Positions 37,517 through 46,941 are shown, counted from the first letter of the stretch. The stretch: 64,000 nt of DNA from Bacteroidaceae bacterium (GCA_045640885.1 JAZUFX010000054.1:14917-78916), one strand, 5' to 3'. Translations and numbers: made by a program. Notes: generated by a model from the sequence alone, not told the origin.

Positions 37517-38314
37517 TTATGCCAATCTCGTGGGTGTATCCCCTTCAATGAGGTTTGTCAGAGTGATGAAATCATTCACTGACAACTGCTCGGGGCGCTT
37601 GTCCATGAAAGGACATTCCGCCGGTAGAGGCGAGTCTGGAGCATAAACCTGACGCAATGAGTTGCGCAGCATCTTGCGGCGCATTCCAAATGTGCATTTC
37701 ACTATCTTCTTGAAAAGGGCTTCGTTGCAGCCCAGACTGGTGCGTGAATTGCGTGTCAGGCGTATGACTGCGCTTTTGACCTTTGGAGGCGGGTCAAAAA
37801 CGTTTTCGTGTACGGTAAACAGGTATTCGGTGTCATACCAGGCCTGAATGAAGACGCTCAGAATTCCGTATTCCTTTGTTCCTGGGGCGCCGCATATGCG
37901 CTGTCCCACTTCACGCTGTACCATGCCGGTGCAGCAGGGTATCAGTTCCATATTATCAAGCATCTTGAAGAATATCTGGCTTGATATGTTGTAAGGGTAG
38001 TTTCCTGTAAGGACAAACTGGCCGCCGTCGAACAGCGTTTTCAGGTCAAGTTGCAGGAAATCACCTTCAATGACACTGACCTGTGGCATGTTTTCATGGA
38101 GATATGCTACCGATTCGGTATCTATCTCAATGACTTTCAAAAGCCGTTCGCGTTCTTTGAGAAACTGAGTGAGAACCCCTGTTCCGGGTCCTATTTCAAG
38201 GATTGGAAGATCGGGACGGATGTCAACTGTGGCGGCGATTGACTGAGCAATGCCCATGTCCCGCAGGAAGTGCTGGCCTAAGGCCTTTTTGGGTTTTACA
38301 GTCCGCATTGTCAT
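37517..38314 (-). CDS. rsmA: 16S rRNA (A1518/A1519-N6)-dimethyltransferase
   Basis: KKALGQHFL, the SAM motif EIGPGTGVLT, and GNYPYNISS. Confidence 0.92.
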   Translation of the reverse strand: MTMRTVKPKKALGQHFLRDMGIAQSIAATVDIRPDLPILEIGPGTGVLTQFLKERERLLKVIEIDTESVAYLHENMPQVSVIEGDFLQLDLKTLFDGGQFVLTGNYPYNISSQIFFKMLDNMELIPCCTGMVQREVGQRICGAPGTKEYGILSVFIQAWYDTEYLFTVHENVFDPPPKVKSAVIRLTRNSRTSLGCNEALFKKIVKCTFGMRRKMLRNSLRQVYAPDSPLPAECPFMDKRPEQLSVNDFITLTNLIEGDTPTRLA

Positions 38315-38348
38315 CCATACAGTTGTTGTCCTTTCCGTTTATCGGGTG

Positions 38349-38356
38349 CAAAGTTA
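38349..38356 (-). promoter_or_regulatory. Bacteroidota -7 box TAACTTTG (minus strand) for rsmA
   Basis: Plus-strand caaagtta, 34 nt upstream of the 38314 ATG. Confidence 0.45.
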
Positions 38357-38378
38357 TGTAATTTGACAATATGATGTA

Positions 38379-39476
38379 CTATTTCAGTGAGTTGAAATAC
38401 CTGGCAAGTAACTGTTGCGCTGCCGTGAACGATGTCTGCTGTCCTCCCAGTACGCTCTTTTCCGCCTGCTCGAGGCCTGCGGCTATGTCGGGATTATTGT
38501 AGAAACTGCTTTTCAGCGTCTCGTCTATTGATTCGTACATCCAGTATTTTGCCTGTTCGTTGCGGCGGTACTGGAAGTATCCGTTCTTTTTGACGAAATC
38601 GATATAGGCCCATACCATATCCCATACTTCCTTGATTTTCAAACCATAGAACCCGGAATATGTCACTACCTGCGGAGTCCAGCCGCTTTCGGGAGCAGGG
38701 AACAGGTGCAGTGCGTTGCGGAAACTCTGCGCTGCCATTTCGGCTTTCTGTATGTTGTCTCCATCGGCCTTGTTTATTACAATGCCGTCGGCCATCTCCA
38801 TTATGCCGCGCTTTATGCCCTGCAGTTCGTCGCCGGTACCGGCAAGCTGTATGAGCAGGAAAAAGTCAACCATGGAATGGACCGCTGTCTCGCTTTGGCC
38901 GACACCTACGGTTTCAACGAATATCTTGTCAAATCCTGCTGCCTCACAGAGCACAATGGTCTCACGCGTCTTGCGGGCAACGCCGCCCAGACTTCCGGCC
39001 GACGGGCTGGGGCGGATGAAGGCATTGGGGTGTACCGACAGCTTTTCCATGCGTGTCTTGTCACCGAGAATGCTGCCCTTTGTGCGTTCCGAACTGGGGT
39101 CGATGGCAAGCACTGCCAGGCGGCCTCCGTCTTTCAGGACGTGCAGCCCGAATTCATCGATTGATGTGCTTTTGCCGGCTCCCGGAACGCCGCTTATGCC
39201 TATGCGGACCGAATTGCCGGTGTAGGGGAGGCACTTTTCAATGACTTCCTGTGCGATGGCCTGGTGTTCGGGGCGCAGGCTTTCAACCAGTGTCACGGCA
39301 CGGCTCAGAACGGTAATGTCACCTTTGACAATACCTTCCACGTACTCTCCCGGTGTAAGCAGAGCCTGTCTGCGGGGCCTGTGTGTCTGGAAATAGGGGT
39401 TTACACTGTCCGGCTGTACTACGCCGCTGTTGACGGCAAGACCTTTGTATTCTTCGCTGTTTTCGGGGTGTTCCAT
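38379..39476 (-). CDS. meaB: G3E-family GTPase MeaB/ArgK (methylmalonyl-CoA mutase-associated type)
   Basis: Start at MEHPENSEEYK. P-loop GVPGAGKST, VETVGVGQSE and NKADG. Its ATG shares one base with the upstream TAA (TAATG). Confidence 0.85.
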   Translation of the reverse strand: MEHPENSEEYKGLAVNSGVVQPDSVNPYFQTHRPRRQALLTPGEYVEGIVKGDITVLSRAVTLVESLRPEHQAIAQEVIEKCLPYTGNSVRIGISGVPGAGKSTSIDEFGLHVLKDGGRLAVLAIDPSSERTKGSILGDKTRMEKLSVHPNAFIRPSPSAGSLGGVARKTRETIVLCEAAGFDKIFVETVGVGQSETAVHSMVDFFLLIQLAGTGDELQGIKRGIMEMADGIVINKADGDNIQKAEMAAQSFRNALHLFPAPESGWTPQVVTYSGFYGLKIKEVWDMVWAYIDFVKKNGYFQYRRNEQAKYWMYESIDETLKSSFYNNPDIAAGLEQAEKSVLGGQQTSFTAAQQLLARYFNSLK

Positions 39477-40468
39477 TATTCCGTTTTGCTGTTGCGGTGT
39501 ATGAATTTGAGTGCAATCCAGGCTATGAATCCGCATAGCAGGTATATCATGGTCTGGCAGAAATGCAGTACGAACGACATTGGCTGGGCATCGGATTCGG
39601 GTACGCCGTAAATGCCGAGCATCTTGACTATTGCCAGATTCCAGGGGCCGGCACCATTGGGCGTGGGTACAAGTACGGCTATGCTGCTGGCGGCAAAGCA
39701 GGCCAAACCTGCAACGGGGCCTACTGCGGCTGTCGTGGGCAGGCAATAGAATGCCAGATACAACTCAAAATAGTAACATATCCAAATGCCGAATGAGTAT
39801 ATCAGGAACAGAGGCAAGCGCCTTATCTGTTTCAGGGACAGGAATCCCTCCCAGAATCCCAGAACGAATTTTTTGAGCCGGTCCCAAACATGCAGCCTGA
39901 CGCACAGTACCCAGCAGATGACAGCGAATGCAATGATGCCGGCAGTCCAATACCAGAACGCGGCGTTTTCATAAAACGGGACCGATGCGGTTACGCCAGT
40001 GTCTGCTTCGGGTGTCAGGAGCAGACGGAACTGTCCCAACTGCGACAGTATGCTGCCCAATACAATCAGTCCGAGCAGCACGGCATCGACCACCCGCTCG
40101 GCCACCAGGGTACCGAGACCTTTTGGGAAAGGGACTTTTGCGTTCTGCTCAAGCATGCCGCAACGGCAAATCTCACCTACACGCGGGATGATTATGTTGG
40201 CGGCATATCCGGTGAAGACCGTCAGGACAGTGTCTTTTTTGGGAACGTCGTATCCTATCGGCTCAAGCAGCAGGTTCCAGCGCAGTCCGCGGAACAGTGG
40301 TCCCAATGCACTGAATGACAGAGCAGCGGCCAGCCAGAGCCAGTTTATGCGCTTCATGTCGGTCCGGAACATGGCAAAGTCGTAGTCGCGGTACGTGAAA
40401 TACAGCACTATGGCGGAAATGAGCAGCGGAAGCGCTATCCTTAGCGATACTGATAAGGCTTTTTTCAT
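39476..40468 (-). CDS. flippase-like / lysylphosphatidylglycerol-synthase-TM-domain family membrane protein (UPF0104)
   Basis: 330 aa with about 8 TM segments. The N-terminal pattern ...LLISAIVLYFTYRDYDF... and RGLRWNLLL are typical of this family. Confidence 0.65.
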   Translation of the reverse strand: MKKALSVSLRIALPLLISAIVLYFTYRDYDFAMFRTDMKRINWLWLAAALSFSALGPLFRGLRWNLLLEPIGYDVPKKDTVLTVFTGYAANIIIPRVGEICRCGMLEQNAKVPFPKGLGTLVAERVVDAVLLGLIVLGSILSQLGQFRLLLTPEADTGVTASVPFYENAAFWYWTAGIIAFAVICWVLCVRLHVWDRLKKFVLGFWEGFLSLKQIRRLPLFLIYSFGIWICYYFELYLAFYCLPTTAAVGPVAGLACFAASSIAVLVPTPNGAGPWNLAIVKMLGIYGVPESDAQPMSFVLHFCQTMIYLLCGFIAWIALKFIHRNSKTE

Positions 40469-40488
40469 AACTGAGCGCTAAGTTACGG

Positions 40489-40527
40489 AAAAAAATAATG
40501 CAAGTCTGCACGTTGCAGACCTGCATT
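40489..40527 (-). terminator. rho-independent terminator after the 232-aa barrel gene (minus strand)
   Basis: On the minus strand: aatgcaggtctgca / tgcagacttgcatt (one G-U pair), followed by tattttttttcc. Confidence 0.7.
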
Positions 40528-40551
40528 ATAATTATAGCTTGGAATCAGTTA

Positions 40552-41250
40552 TCAGAAAGTGTAGTAGAATCCGAGGCTGATCATGTCAGCGGTATCAAGA
40601 ATGCTGCCAGTTTCTGTTGTGCCCCCGAAATCAAGTGACTTGCTTGTTGATTTTGAATCACAGGGATTTCCGTCATAGTTCTCTGTATTGTACTTTCTTA
40701 TGTTGTATGAAAGACTTACAAAGTCAAAGTTCAAGTCCACGCTCCAATGGTCGTTGATTTCATAGTCAATACCCGGTACGATGTACAATCCGAAATTCTT
40801 TTTATAATCTGTGGTACCCTCTATTTTGCCCATATCCTTTGAGAAGTTCTCTTCTGAGTCTTTGGAGAAGTACAAGCTGGCATCAACATACCAGTTGAAC
40901 TTGTCGCTCAGTGCAAAATAACGGCGGCCGGACAGCGCAACTCCGAATGTCTTGTCTTTTTCGGGAGCATCGTATTCGTTATCGAGCTTGTCCTTGGTAA
41001 CTGAAAAGTCAAATGCCAATGCCATTTCCCAATTGTCGTTAAATGTGTATCCGACGGTCGGTGCAAAACTGAAATTACCCATGTCATTGCTGGTTGTTTC
41101 ATCACCATAACTTTCGCTGATGCTGTTATAGTACTGATACTTGTAGTTGTCTGAGCCGAATCCAAGGCTACCTCCAATGAAGAATCCCTGTGCGTTTGCA
41201 AGACTTGAAATGCCGAGAACGGCGGTAAGAATTAAAACTGATTTTTTCAT
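40552..41250 (-). CDS. small outer membrane beta-barrel protein (porin/OmpW-like fold)
   Basis: Signal peptide MKKSVLILTAVLGISSLANAQ, alternating-hydrophobic strands, and a C-terminal GFYYTF. Confidence 0.75.
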   Translation of the reverse strand: MKKSVLILTAVLGISSLANAQGFFIGGSLGFGSDNYKYQYYNSISESYGDETTSNDMGNFSFAPTVGYTFNDNWEMALAFDFSVTKDKLDNEYDAPEKDKTFGVALSGRRYFALSDKFNWYVDASLYFSKDSEENFSKDMGKIEGTTDYKKNFGLYIVPGIDYEINDHWSVDLNFDFVSLSYNIRKYNTENYDGNPCDSKSTSKSLDFGGTTETGSILDTADMISLGFYYTF

Positions 41251-41305
41251 AATTGAAATTTTTGGTTAAAAAATAATGTTATGAATAAAATACTTTTTAC
41301 ATCTG

Positions 41306-41313
41306 CAAAGGTA
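41306..41313 (-). promoter_or_regulatory. Bacteroidota -7 box TACCTTTG (minus strand)
   Basis: Plus-strand caaaggta, 55 nt upstream of the 41250 ATG. Confidence 0.4.
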
Positions 41314-41319
41314 TGCAAA

Positions 41320-42339
41320 TTAATTGAAATCAACAATTATTCTGAAATATTTCCCCGGAGCATCGGCCCATTTCCTCATTTCCTCAAGTGCCCTGTCGGG
41401 CTTGATGCATGCCGATATGAGTTCTGCCACAGGACATTGCCCGCGCAGCAGATAGCGGATAACGGCTTCAAAATCGGAAGGCATGGCATTGCGGGAACCG
41501 AAAATGTGCAGTTCTTTTTTTACGAACAGCGATGTGGTCAGAGTGACATCGTTCTTGGAATAGCCTATGCAGACTACACGGCCCGAAAAAGCTACCTCGT
41601 TTATTGCGGCCTGGTATGTGGGGATGCTGCCCACAGCTTCAACCACAACTGTCGGGCCCATGCCGCCGGTGAGTTCCGCCAGTGTCTGATGCAGGTCCTG
41701 AGTCCTGGAGTTGATGGCGTGTGCGGCACCGAGCCTTTGTGCCAGTGCCAGTTTCTCATCGTCCAGGTCAACTGCAATGACGGTGGCGCCGCGCAGCGAA
41801 GCGCGTACAATTGCACCCACTCCAATCATTCCGCAGCCAAGAACCATAACAGTATCGCTGTCAGTGACCTGTGCGCGTGAGACGGCATGGAAACCTACGC
41901 TCATGGGTTCAACAAGCGCGCAGTCACGGGCGTTCAGCCCCTGCGCAGGAATTATCTTCTCCCACGGCAGAACCATGTAGTCGCGCATGGCGCCGTCGCG
42001 CTGTACGCCAAGGGTCTCGTTGAATTCACAGGCGTTGGCATGGCCTGAACGGCATGCCGCGCAGTGCCCGCAATTGGTGTAGGGATTGACGGTGACAACC
42101 GTTCCGGGTTTCAGAAAACCGGGAGCGCCTGCTCCGAGAGCCTCGATGGTGGCACCGATTTCGTGTCCCGGAATGACTGCTTCCTTTGCCATGAGGTTGC
42201 GGCCAAGAAAGGTGTTCAGGTCCGAGCCGCAGAATCCCACATAATTGATTTTAAGCAGTACCTGGCCATCAGATACCTGCGGTTTCGGAGCCTCTTCAAC
42301 CGATATGACTCCGGGAGACGGTATTCTTACAAGTCTCAT
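41320..42339 (-). CDS. zinc-dependent medium-chain dehydrogenase (candidate L-galactonate 5-dehydrogenase)
   Basis: GHEIGATIE, structural-zinc Cys cluster CGHCAACRSGHANAC, and Rossmann VLGCGMIGVG. The function is inferred from its operon partners. Confidence 0.6.
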   Translation of the reverse strand: MRLVRIPSPGVISVEEAPKPQVSDGQVLLKINYVGFCGSDLNTFLGRNLMAKEAVIPGHEIGATIEALGAGAPGFLKPGTVVTVNPYTNCGHCAACRSGHANACEFNETLGVQRDGAMRDYMVLPWEKIIPAQGLNARDCALVEPMSVGFHAVSRAQVTDSDTVMVLGCGMIGVGAIVRASLRGATVIAVDLDDEKLALAQRLGAAHAINSRTQDLHQTLAELTGGMGPTVVVEAVGSIPTYQAAINEVAFSGRVVCIGYSKNDVTLTTSLFVKKELHIFGSRNAMPSDFEAVIRYLLRGQCPVAELISACIKPDRALEEMRKWADAPGKYFRIIVDFN

Positions 42340-43256
42340 TCTGACATGTTTTTTATGTACGGTAAATCAAGTTCTGTTCCAATTCCGTAAAAACGGGCGG
42401 CGTTCAGACCAAGGAACTGCTCCTTTTCGCGGACTGTCATTTCATTGGATTTCAGGATAAAGTCGTATGACATCCGGTATGTGATGGCGGTTATTGTTCT
42501 GGGATAGTCCGACCCCCACATCAACTTGTCCATGCCGACAAGGTCCGATGCCTCGCGTATGGCCATCACTGCACCTTTGAACGGGTAGAATTCATCGTTG
42601 AAGAGCCATGTTAAGCCCCCCGATTCAATCATGACGTTCCTGTGGCGTGCAAGCTTTATCTGTTCTTGCCAATCGGGACGTGTAACCATGCCGAAATGAC
42701 CTACTGCAATTTTCAGATCCGGACACTCACTGATAATTTCCTCCATTTCGGGAACCTGGACTGCACCGTCTTCAAGGGTAACGGACAGAATTGCTCCGCG
42801 GCTTTCCATCAAGTGGAACATGGACATCATTTCGGGACAGGTCAGTGAAATGCGGCCTCCGTCGGGCGTACCCAGACGGTGACCGGGAATGGCAATTGCT
42901 TTGAATCCACGGTCCAAAAGGCCGGCAGCCTGCTCCAGATACCCCGGCTGGCGGTATTCGGCCATGCCGCAGCAGAAAAGGCGGTCGGGATATTCTGTCT
43001 GGACCTGCTCCAGATAGTCATTCTGCAGACCGTCAATGAATTCCTGCACCACAATGGCGGCAGTGACCTGAGCGTAATCCATGTTGGACAGGAAGATTTC
43101 TGCCGTATTGCGCCCGTCGGTAATGAATGGCGGCAGCATCTGGCGTACCTCGCCCATGAACAGGGAACGTCCGTTTTCAAGTGTCCGTATGCACTTGCCG
43201 TCAACGACGGTGTCCTGCCGTAGCCAGAGATGCGAATGTGCGTCTATTATTTTCAT
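42336..43256 (-). CDS. amidohydrolase-superfamily (COG3618-type) lactonase candidate
   Basis: Start at MKIIDAHSHLW (metal-binding HxH). There is a later H and a WGSDYP motif. ATGA overlaps on both sides. Confidence 0.6.
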   Translation of the reverse strand: MKIIDAHSHLWLRQDTVVDGKCIRTLENGRSLFMGEVRQMLPPFITDGRNTAEIFLSNMDYAQVTAAIVVQEFIDGLQNDYLEQVQTEYPDRLFCCGMAEYRQPGYLEQAAGLLDRGFKAIAIPGHRLGTPDGGRISLTCPEMMSMFHLMESRGAILSVTLEDGAVQVPEMEEIISECPDLKIAVGHFGMVTRPDWQEQIKLARHRNVMIESGGLTWLFNDEFYPFKGAVMAIREASDLVGMDKLMWGSDYPRTITAITYRMSYDFILKSNEMTVREKEQFLGLNAARFYGIGTELDLPYIKNMSE

Positions 43257-44206
43257 GAATTGCACCAGCTTACCCGTTTCTGGCAACCTATTATTTCCTG
43301 CACTTCAAATACCAGATCCCAGTCAATGGGCTCCTGGGCAACCCTGATATTCTTAAGGACATTGTCGGGGTTGGCCGAAGAGAACAGGGTTGTGGCAATG
43401 CGGGGGTTGCTTATGGAATACTGCACTGCAAGCTTTTCAATGGATGTCCCTTTTGATTTGCAGTGCTGCGCAGCCTTTGCGCAAGCTTCGACAAGAGGTT
43501 TGGGAGCAGGATGCCAGTCGGGGACGCCCCGTTCGGTAAGCAGACCCATGGAGAGCGGCGATGCGTTGATTACGCCTATCCCTCTGTCTTCAAAATAGCC
43601 CAGATAATCGTTGAGCTTGTCGTCGTTCAGACAGAAGTGGCAGAAATTGAGCACGCTTTCAACCGTTCCTGCCGGAGTATGGTCAATTACCCATTTCAGG
43701 TTTTCCAGCTGAAGGTCTGTAATGCCTACATGGCTTACAATACCCTTGTCGCGCAGTTCAACAAGTGCGGGAAGCGTTTCGTCAACGACTTTCTGAAGCC
43801 CGCCCGGCAGCGATGCCTGAAACTCTATGTCATGTACATTGATAAGGTCAATGTGGTCGACATGCAGACGCTCCATGCTTTCAAATACGCTCTCGGTGGC
43901 GCGCCTTGCGCTGTAATCCCATGTGTTGACACCGTCTTTCCCGTACCGGCCTACCTTGGTGGAAAGGATATACCTGTCACGGGGAATATCCTTGAGTGCC
44001 TTGCCAAGAACTGTTTCGGCTTTGTAGTGGCCGTAATACGGCGATACGTCAATAAAGTTCAGCCCGTTGTCCACGGCGGTGAAAACGGCTTTTATGGCAC
44101 GGCTTTCATCAATGTCGTGGAATACGCCGCCAAGCGATGACGCTCCGAATGCAAGACTGGCAACCTTCATGCCGGTATTGCCGATTCCGTTGATCTTTAG
44201 TCCCAT
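43253..44206 (-). CDS. aldo/keto reductase resembling L-galactose (L-fucose) 1-dehydrogenase
   Basis: FGASSLGGVF, NFIDVSPYYG, STKVGRY and HIDLINVHDIEF closely track my recollection of plant/Bacteroides L-galactose dehydrogenase motifs. Confidence 0.6.
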   Translation of the reverse strand: MGLKINGIGNTGMKVASLAFGASSLGGVFHDIDESRAIKAVFTAVDNGLNFIDVSPYYGHYKAETVLGKALKDIPRDRYILSTKVGRYGKDGVNTWDYSARRATESVFESMERLHVDHIDLINVHDIEFQASLPGGLQKVVDETLPALVELRDKGIVSHVGITDLQLENLKWVIDHTPAGTVESVLNFCHFCLNDDKLNDYLGYFEDRGIGVINASPLSMGLLTERGVPDWHPAPKPLVEACAKAAQHCKSKGTSIEKLAVQYSISNPRIATTLFSSANPDNVLKNIRVAQEPIDWDLVFEVQEIIGCQKRVSWCNS

Positions 44207-44214
44207 TGGTTATG

Positions 44215-45090
44215 TTATTGCTGGTTGGTGAAATGATTCAGAATATGGTCGCGGCATTCTTCCATAAGCCATTTCGGGGTCGATGTGGCGCCGCAAATGC
44301 CGACGCTGCCAACGTTCTCAAGAAGGCTGAAGTCAATGTCGTCCTTGTTCTCAATATGGTACGATCTTGGGTTTACGTCAAGACATTCGCCGAACAGCAC
44401 TTTCCCGTTTGAACTTTTCCGTCCCGATACAAACAGAATCAGGTCATGCTGGCTTGCGAATTCGCGGATATGCCGACTGCGGTGTGATACCTGTCCGCAT
44501 ACCGTCTTTGCGGTTATCAGTTTGCGGCCCGGTTGGAGACACTGCTCTATGAGGTCGGCCAGACGGGCATAGTCATCGGCCGATTGGGTGGTCTGTGAAT
44601 ACAGGAATACGTCTTTTGAGAAATCTATCCGGCCAATCTCGTCTGTATGTTCAATTACAAGCGCGTTTCCGTCGGTCTGTCCTACAAGACCAAGAACTTC
44701 GGCATGCCCTTTCTGTCCGAATATGACAATCTGCTGCTTGCCCGGGTCCATTTCACGGTATTGCGTGAGTATGCGCTGCTGCAGTTTCAGTACAACGGGG
44801 CATGTGGCATCGATCAGTATTATGCCGCGTTCTTTGGCCTTGCTGTATGTAGATGGCGGTTCGCCGTGGGCTCTCAAAAGCACTCTGGAACCGGAAGGAA
44901 GAGAGTCGAACTGTCCATGGTCGATGGTGCGGAGACCCATATCGGAAAGGCGCCTGCACTCAATGCCGTTATGGACAATGTCGCCCAGACAATACAGGGA
45001 ACCGTCACCGCGCAGTTCCTCTTCGGCTTTTCCTATTGCGGACAAAACGCCGAAACAGAACCCGGAGTCATTGTCAATGCCAACCTTCAT
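44215..45090 (-). CDS. ispH: 4-hydroxy-3-methylbut-2-enyl diphosphate reductase
   Basis: FCFGV, IVHN, DATCP and the later conserved Cys. 291 aa. Confidence 0.92.
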   Translation of the reverse strand: MKVGIDNDSGFCFGVLSAIGKAEEELRGDGSLYCLGDIVHNGIECRRLSDMGLRTIDHGQFDSLPSGSRVLLRAHGEPPSTYSKAKERGIILIDATCPVVLKLQQRILTQYREMDPGKQQIVIFGQKGHAEVLGLVGQTDGNALVIEHTDEIGRIDFSKDVFLYSQTTQSADDYARLADLIEQCLQPGRKLITAKTVCGQVSHRSRHIREFASQHDLILFVSGRKSSNGKVLFGECLDVNPRSYHIENKDDIDFSLLENVGSVGICGATSTPKWLMEECRDHILNHFTNQQ

Positions 45091-45102
45091 TTCCTGTAGC
45101 GG

Positions 45103-45792
45103 TCAGTCTTTTACGGCTTCAAGATAATGCCGCATAAGCCATTCGTCCTGCTGCTCTACGGTCATATCGCTGTTGTCAAGCACTATGGCATCGGGGGCCT
45201 GCCGCAAGGGCGACACTTCACGATGTGAATCGATGTAGTCACGTTGCCGCACATTATCAAGCACATCTTCATATACGGGACTCTCGCCTTTGGCTGCCAT
45301 TTCGTCGTAACGGCGTCTGGCACGGACATCGTCGCGTGCCGTCACGAAAATCTTGAGCTCCGCCTCTGGAAATACGGTCGTGCCTATGTCGCGGCCATCC
45401 ATGATTACTGCACCTTTGCCACCCATGGCACGCTGCTGCGCTACCATAGCCTCGCGGACAAACGGCAGAGCCGATACGGGACTCACTTTCGACGAAACTT
45501 CCATGCCGCGTATTTCCTTCTCTACATTGCGACCGTTCAGAATGGTATATTGCCTGCCGTTTCCATCCTTGTCGAAACTTATGGATATATCGGACAAACG
45601 CTGTTCAAGTTCATGGGCGTTGATGGCGCCGTTATGGTCAATCATGCCGTTTTCAATGCAGAACAGTGTGACAGCACGGTACATTGCTCCTGTGTCAATG
45701 TATGTGTAGCCGGTCTTTTCCGCCAGTGCTTTGGCCATTGTGCTTTTGCCGCACGATGAATGACCGTCCATTGCTATTATGATTTTTCTCAT
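45103..45792 (-). CDS. cmk: (d)CMP kinase
   Basis: IIIAMDGHSSCGKST P-loop, YIDTGAMYRA, and DGRDIGTVVFP-like DGRDIGTTVFPEA. Confidence 0.92.
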   Translation of the reverse strand: MRKIIIAMDGHSSCGKSTMAKALAEKTGYTYIDTGAMYRAVTLFCIENGMIDHNGAINAHELEQRLSDISISFDKDGNGRQYTILNGRNVEKEIRGMEVSSKVSPVSALPFVREAMVAQQRAMGGKGAVIMDGRDIGTTVFPEAELKIFVTARDDVRARRRYDEMAAKGESPVYEDVLDNVRQRDYIDSHREVSPLRQAPDAIVLDNSDMTVEQQDEWLMRHYLEAVKD

Positions 45793-46772
45793 ATCGTGAA
45801 AGCAAAATTCAAGATTACTGATGACTGGGAGACATTGTATCTGCCCATTGACAGGTCAAAGTTCAGCTTGTTCAGCCTGAGCCCGGTCCCCAGGGAAAAA
45901 CCGGTCAGGCCTTTTCTGCCGCTGCCCGACAGTTCGTCACGTGTCCTCAGGTTGCATCCGCCTGCAATGTAAAGTCTGTCGGTCAGCATGAAATCGGCTC
46001 CGAATGAAATATGACGTCTGAAAATCTGGCCCATGCTGCTTTTCTGTTCTTCGTTGAAGTAGAAATCCTCTTCTTTCCAGTCTGTCAGTCCGTCAAGTGT
46101 CGCAGTAAGCCTGAGAGGCGAATTCTCCAATTTCCAGCTTATTCCTGCCGTAAGGTCGAACGGCATTTTCTGGAATTCGTTTTCGAAGGCCTTGATCTGT
46201 CCTCCGAAATTGCGTGCCGCAACGGCCAGACTCACTCCGTTGTCGGGATTGTTCCAATAAAGTCCCAAATCGATTCCGACAGCAGCCTGGGTCATTGATG
46301 CATAACGCGAAAAAATCATGTTGCCGGTAACGCCGCCGCTCAGATTGTCGGTGAACATGTATGAGTACGATACGCCGACAGAATTGTCTTTCGACGAGAA
46401 TGTGCCGGTTACCGTTGCGTCCGGCAGTGTCTGGCTTGAATTCCCGTAATTCACATATCTTGCGGAAAAGCCGTACATTGAGCGCTCGCCAAGGGCATGA
46501 CAGTATTGCGCACCGGCAACTGCCGTGTTCCCAATCCAGGTCATGGCGTTCAGACCGGCCATGCCGCTTCCCGCATATGAAAGAAGGGCAGGGTTTGACA
46601 GGAACTGGGATGTGCTTCCGTCCTGCGCTGAAACTGCCTGGCCGCCAAGCGCCGCCTGATGCGCGGAAACCGGCAGCTTCAGAAATTCCATTGAACTCTG
46701 CAGGCTTTGGGCCGATACTCCCGAAAAACAGAATACGGCAATGACGGAAAGGGTGCGTATTTTTGCTTTCAT
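45789..46772 (-). CDS. porQ: PorV/PorQ-family outer membrane protein (PorQ-like, type IX secretion associated)
   Basis: Signal peptide. N-terminal FLKLPVSAHQAALGGQAVSAQDG...NPALL typical of the PorV/PorQ family. Beta-strand-rich, ending in F-x-I. My recollection is that porQ often neighbours cmk. Confidence 0.55.
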   Translation of the reverse strand: MKAKIRTLSVIAVFCFSGVSAQSLQSSMEFLKLPVSAHQAALGGQAVSAQDGSTSQFLSNPALLSYAGSGMAGLNAMTWIGNTAVAGAQYCHALGERSMYGFSARYVNYGNSSQTLPDATVTGTFSSKDNSVGVSYSYMFTDNLSGGVTGNMIFSRYASMTQAAVGIDLGLYWNNPDNGVSLAVAARNFGGQIKAFENEFQKMPFDLTAGISWKLENSPLRLTATLDGLTDWKEEDFYFNEEQKSSMGQIFRRHISFGADFMLTDRLYIAGGCNLRTRDELSGSGRKGLTGFSLGTGLRLNKLNFDLSMGRYNVSQSSVILNFAFTI

Positions 46773-46788
46773 TTGTTAAAAGGTACGG

Positions 46789-46796
46789 CAAAAGTA
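46789..46796 (-). promoter_or_regulatory. Bacteroidota -7 box TACTTTTG (minus strand) for the porQ-led unit
   Basis: Plus-strand caaaagta, 16 nt upstream of the 46772 ATG. Confidence 0.45.
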
Positions 46797-46891
46797 CTGA
46801 ATTCTTTGGTTGTCCCCCCGTTCCTGCCAAAATGATATACTAAAAAAATACAAATTAATGTTCCTCCATATCCATTGAGCGAAAAAAGTGT

Positions 46892-46899
46892 TACTTTTG
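46892..46899 (+). promoter_or_regulatory. Bacteroidota -7 box TACTTTTG for tonB
   Basis: Exact match 42 nt upstream of the 46942 ATG. Confidence 0.45.
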
Positions 46900-46941
46900 C
46901 CACATACACGAATTCCACGTAAAAAATAAAAACAAGATAAT

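Noticed and set aside
39477-39746. The 90-aa N-terminal extension of the meaB ORF (455-aa version).
   Set aside because: The extension is Arg/Cys/His-rich, overlaps the end of the flippase-like gene, and lacks any similarity to the MeaB N-terminus. The internal ATG at 39476 gives a normal 365-aa protein with a TAATG junction.
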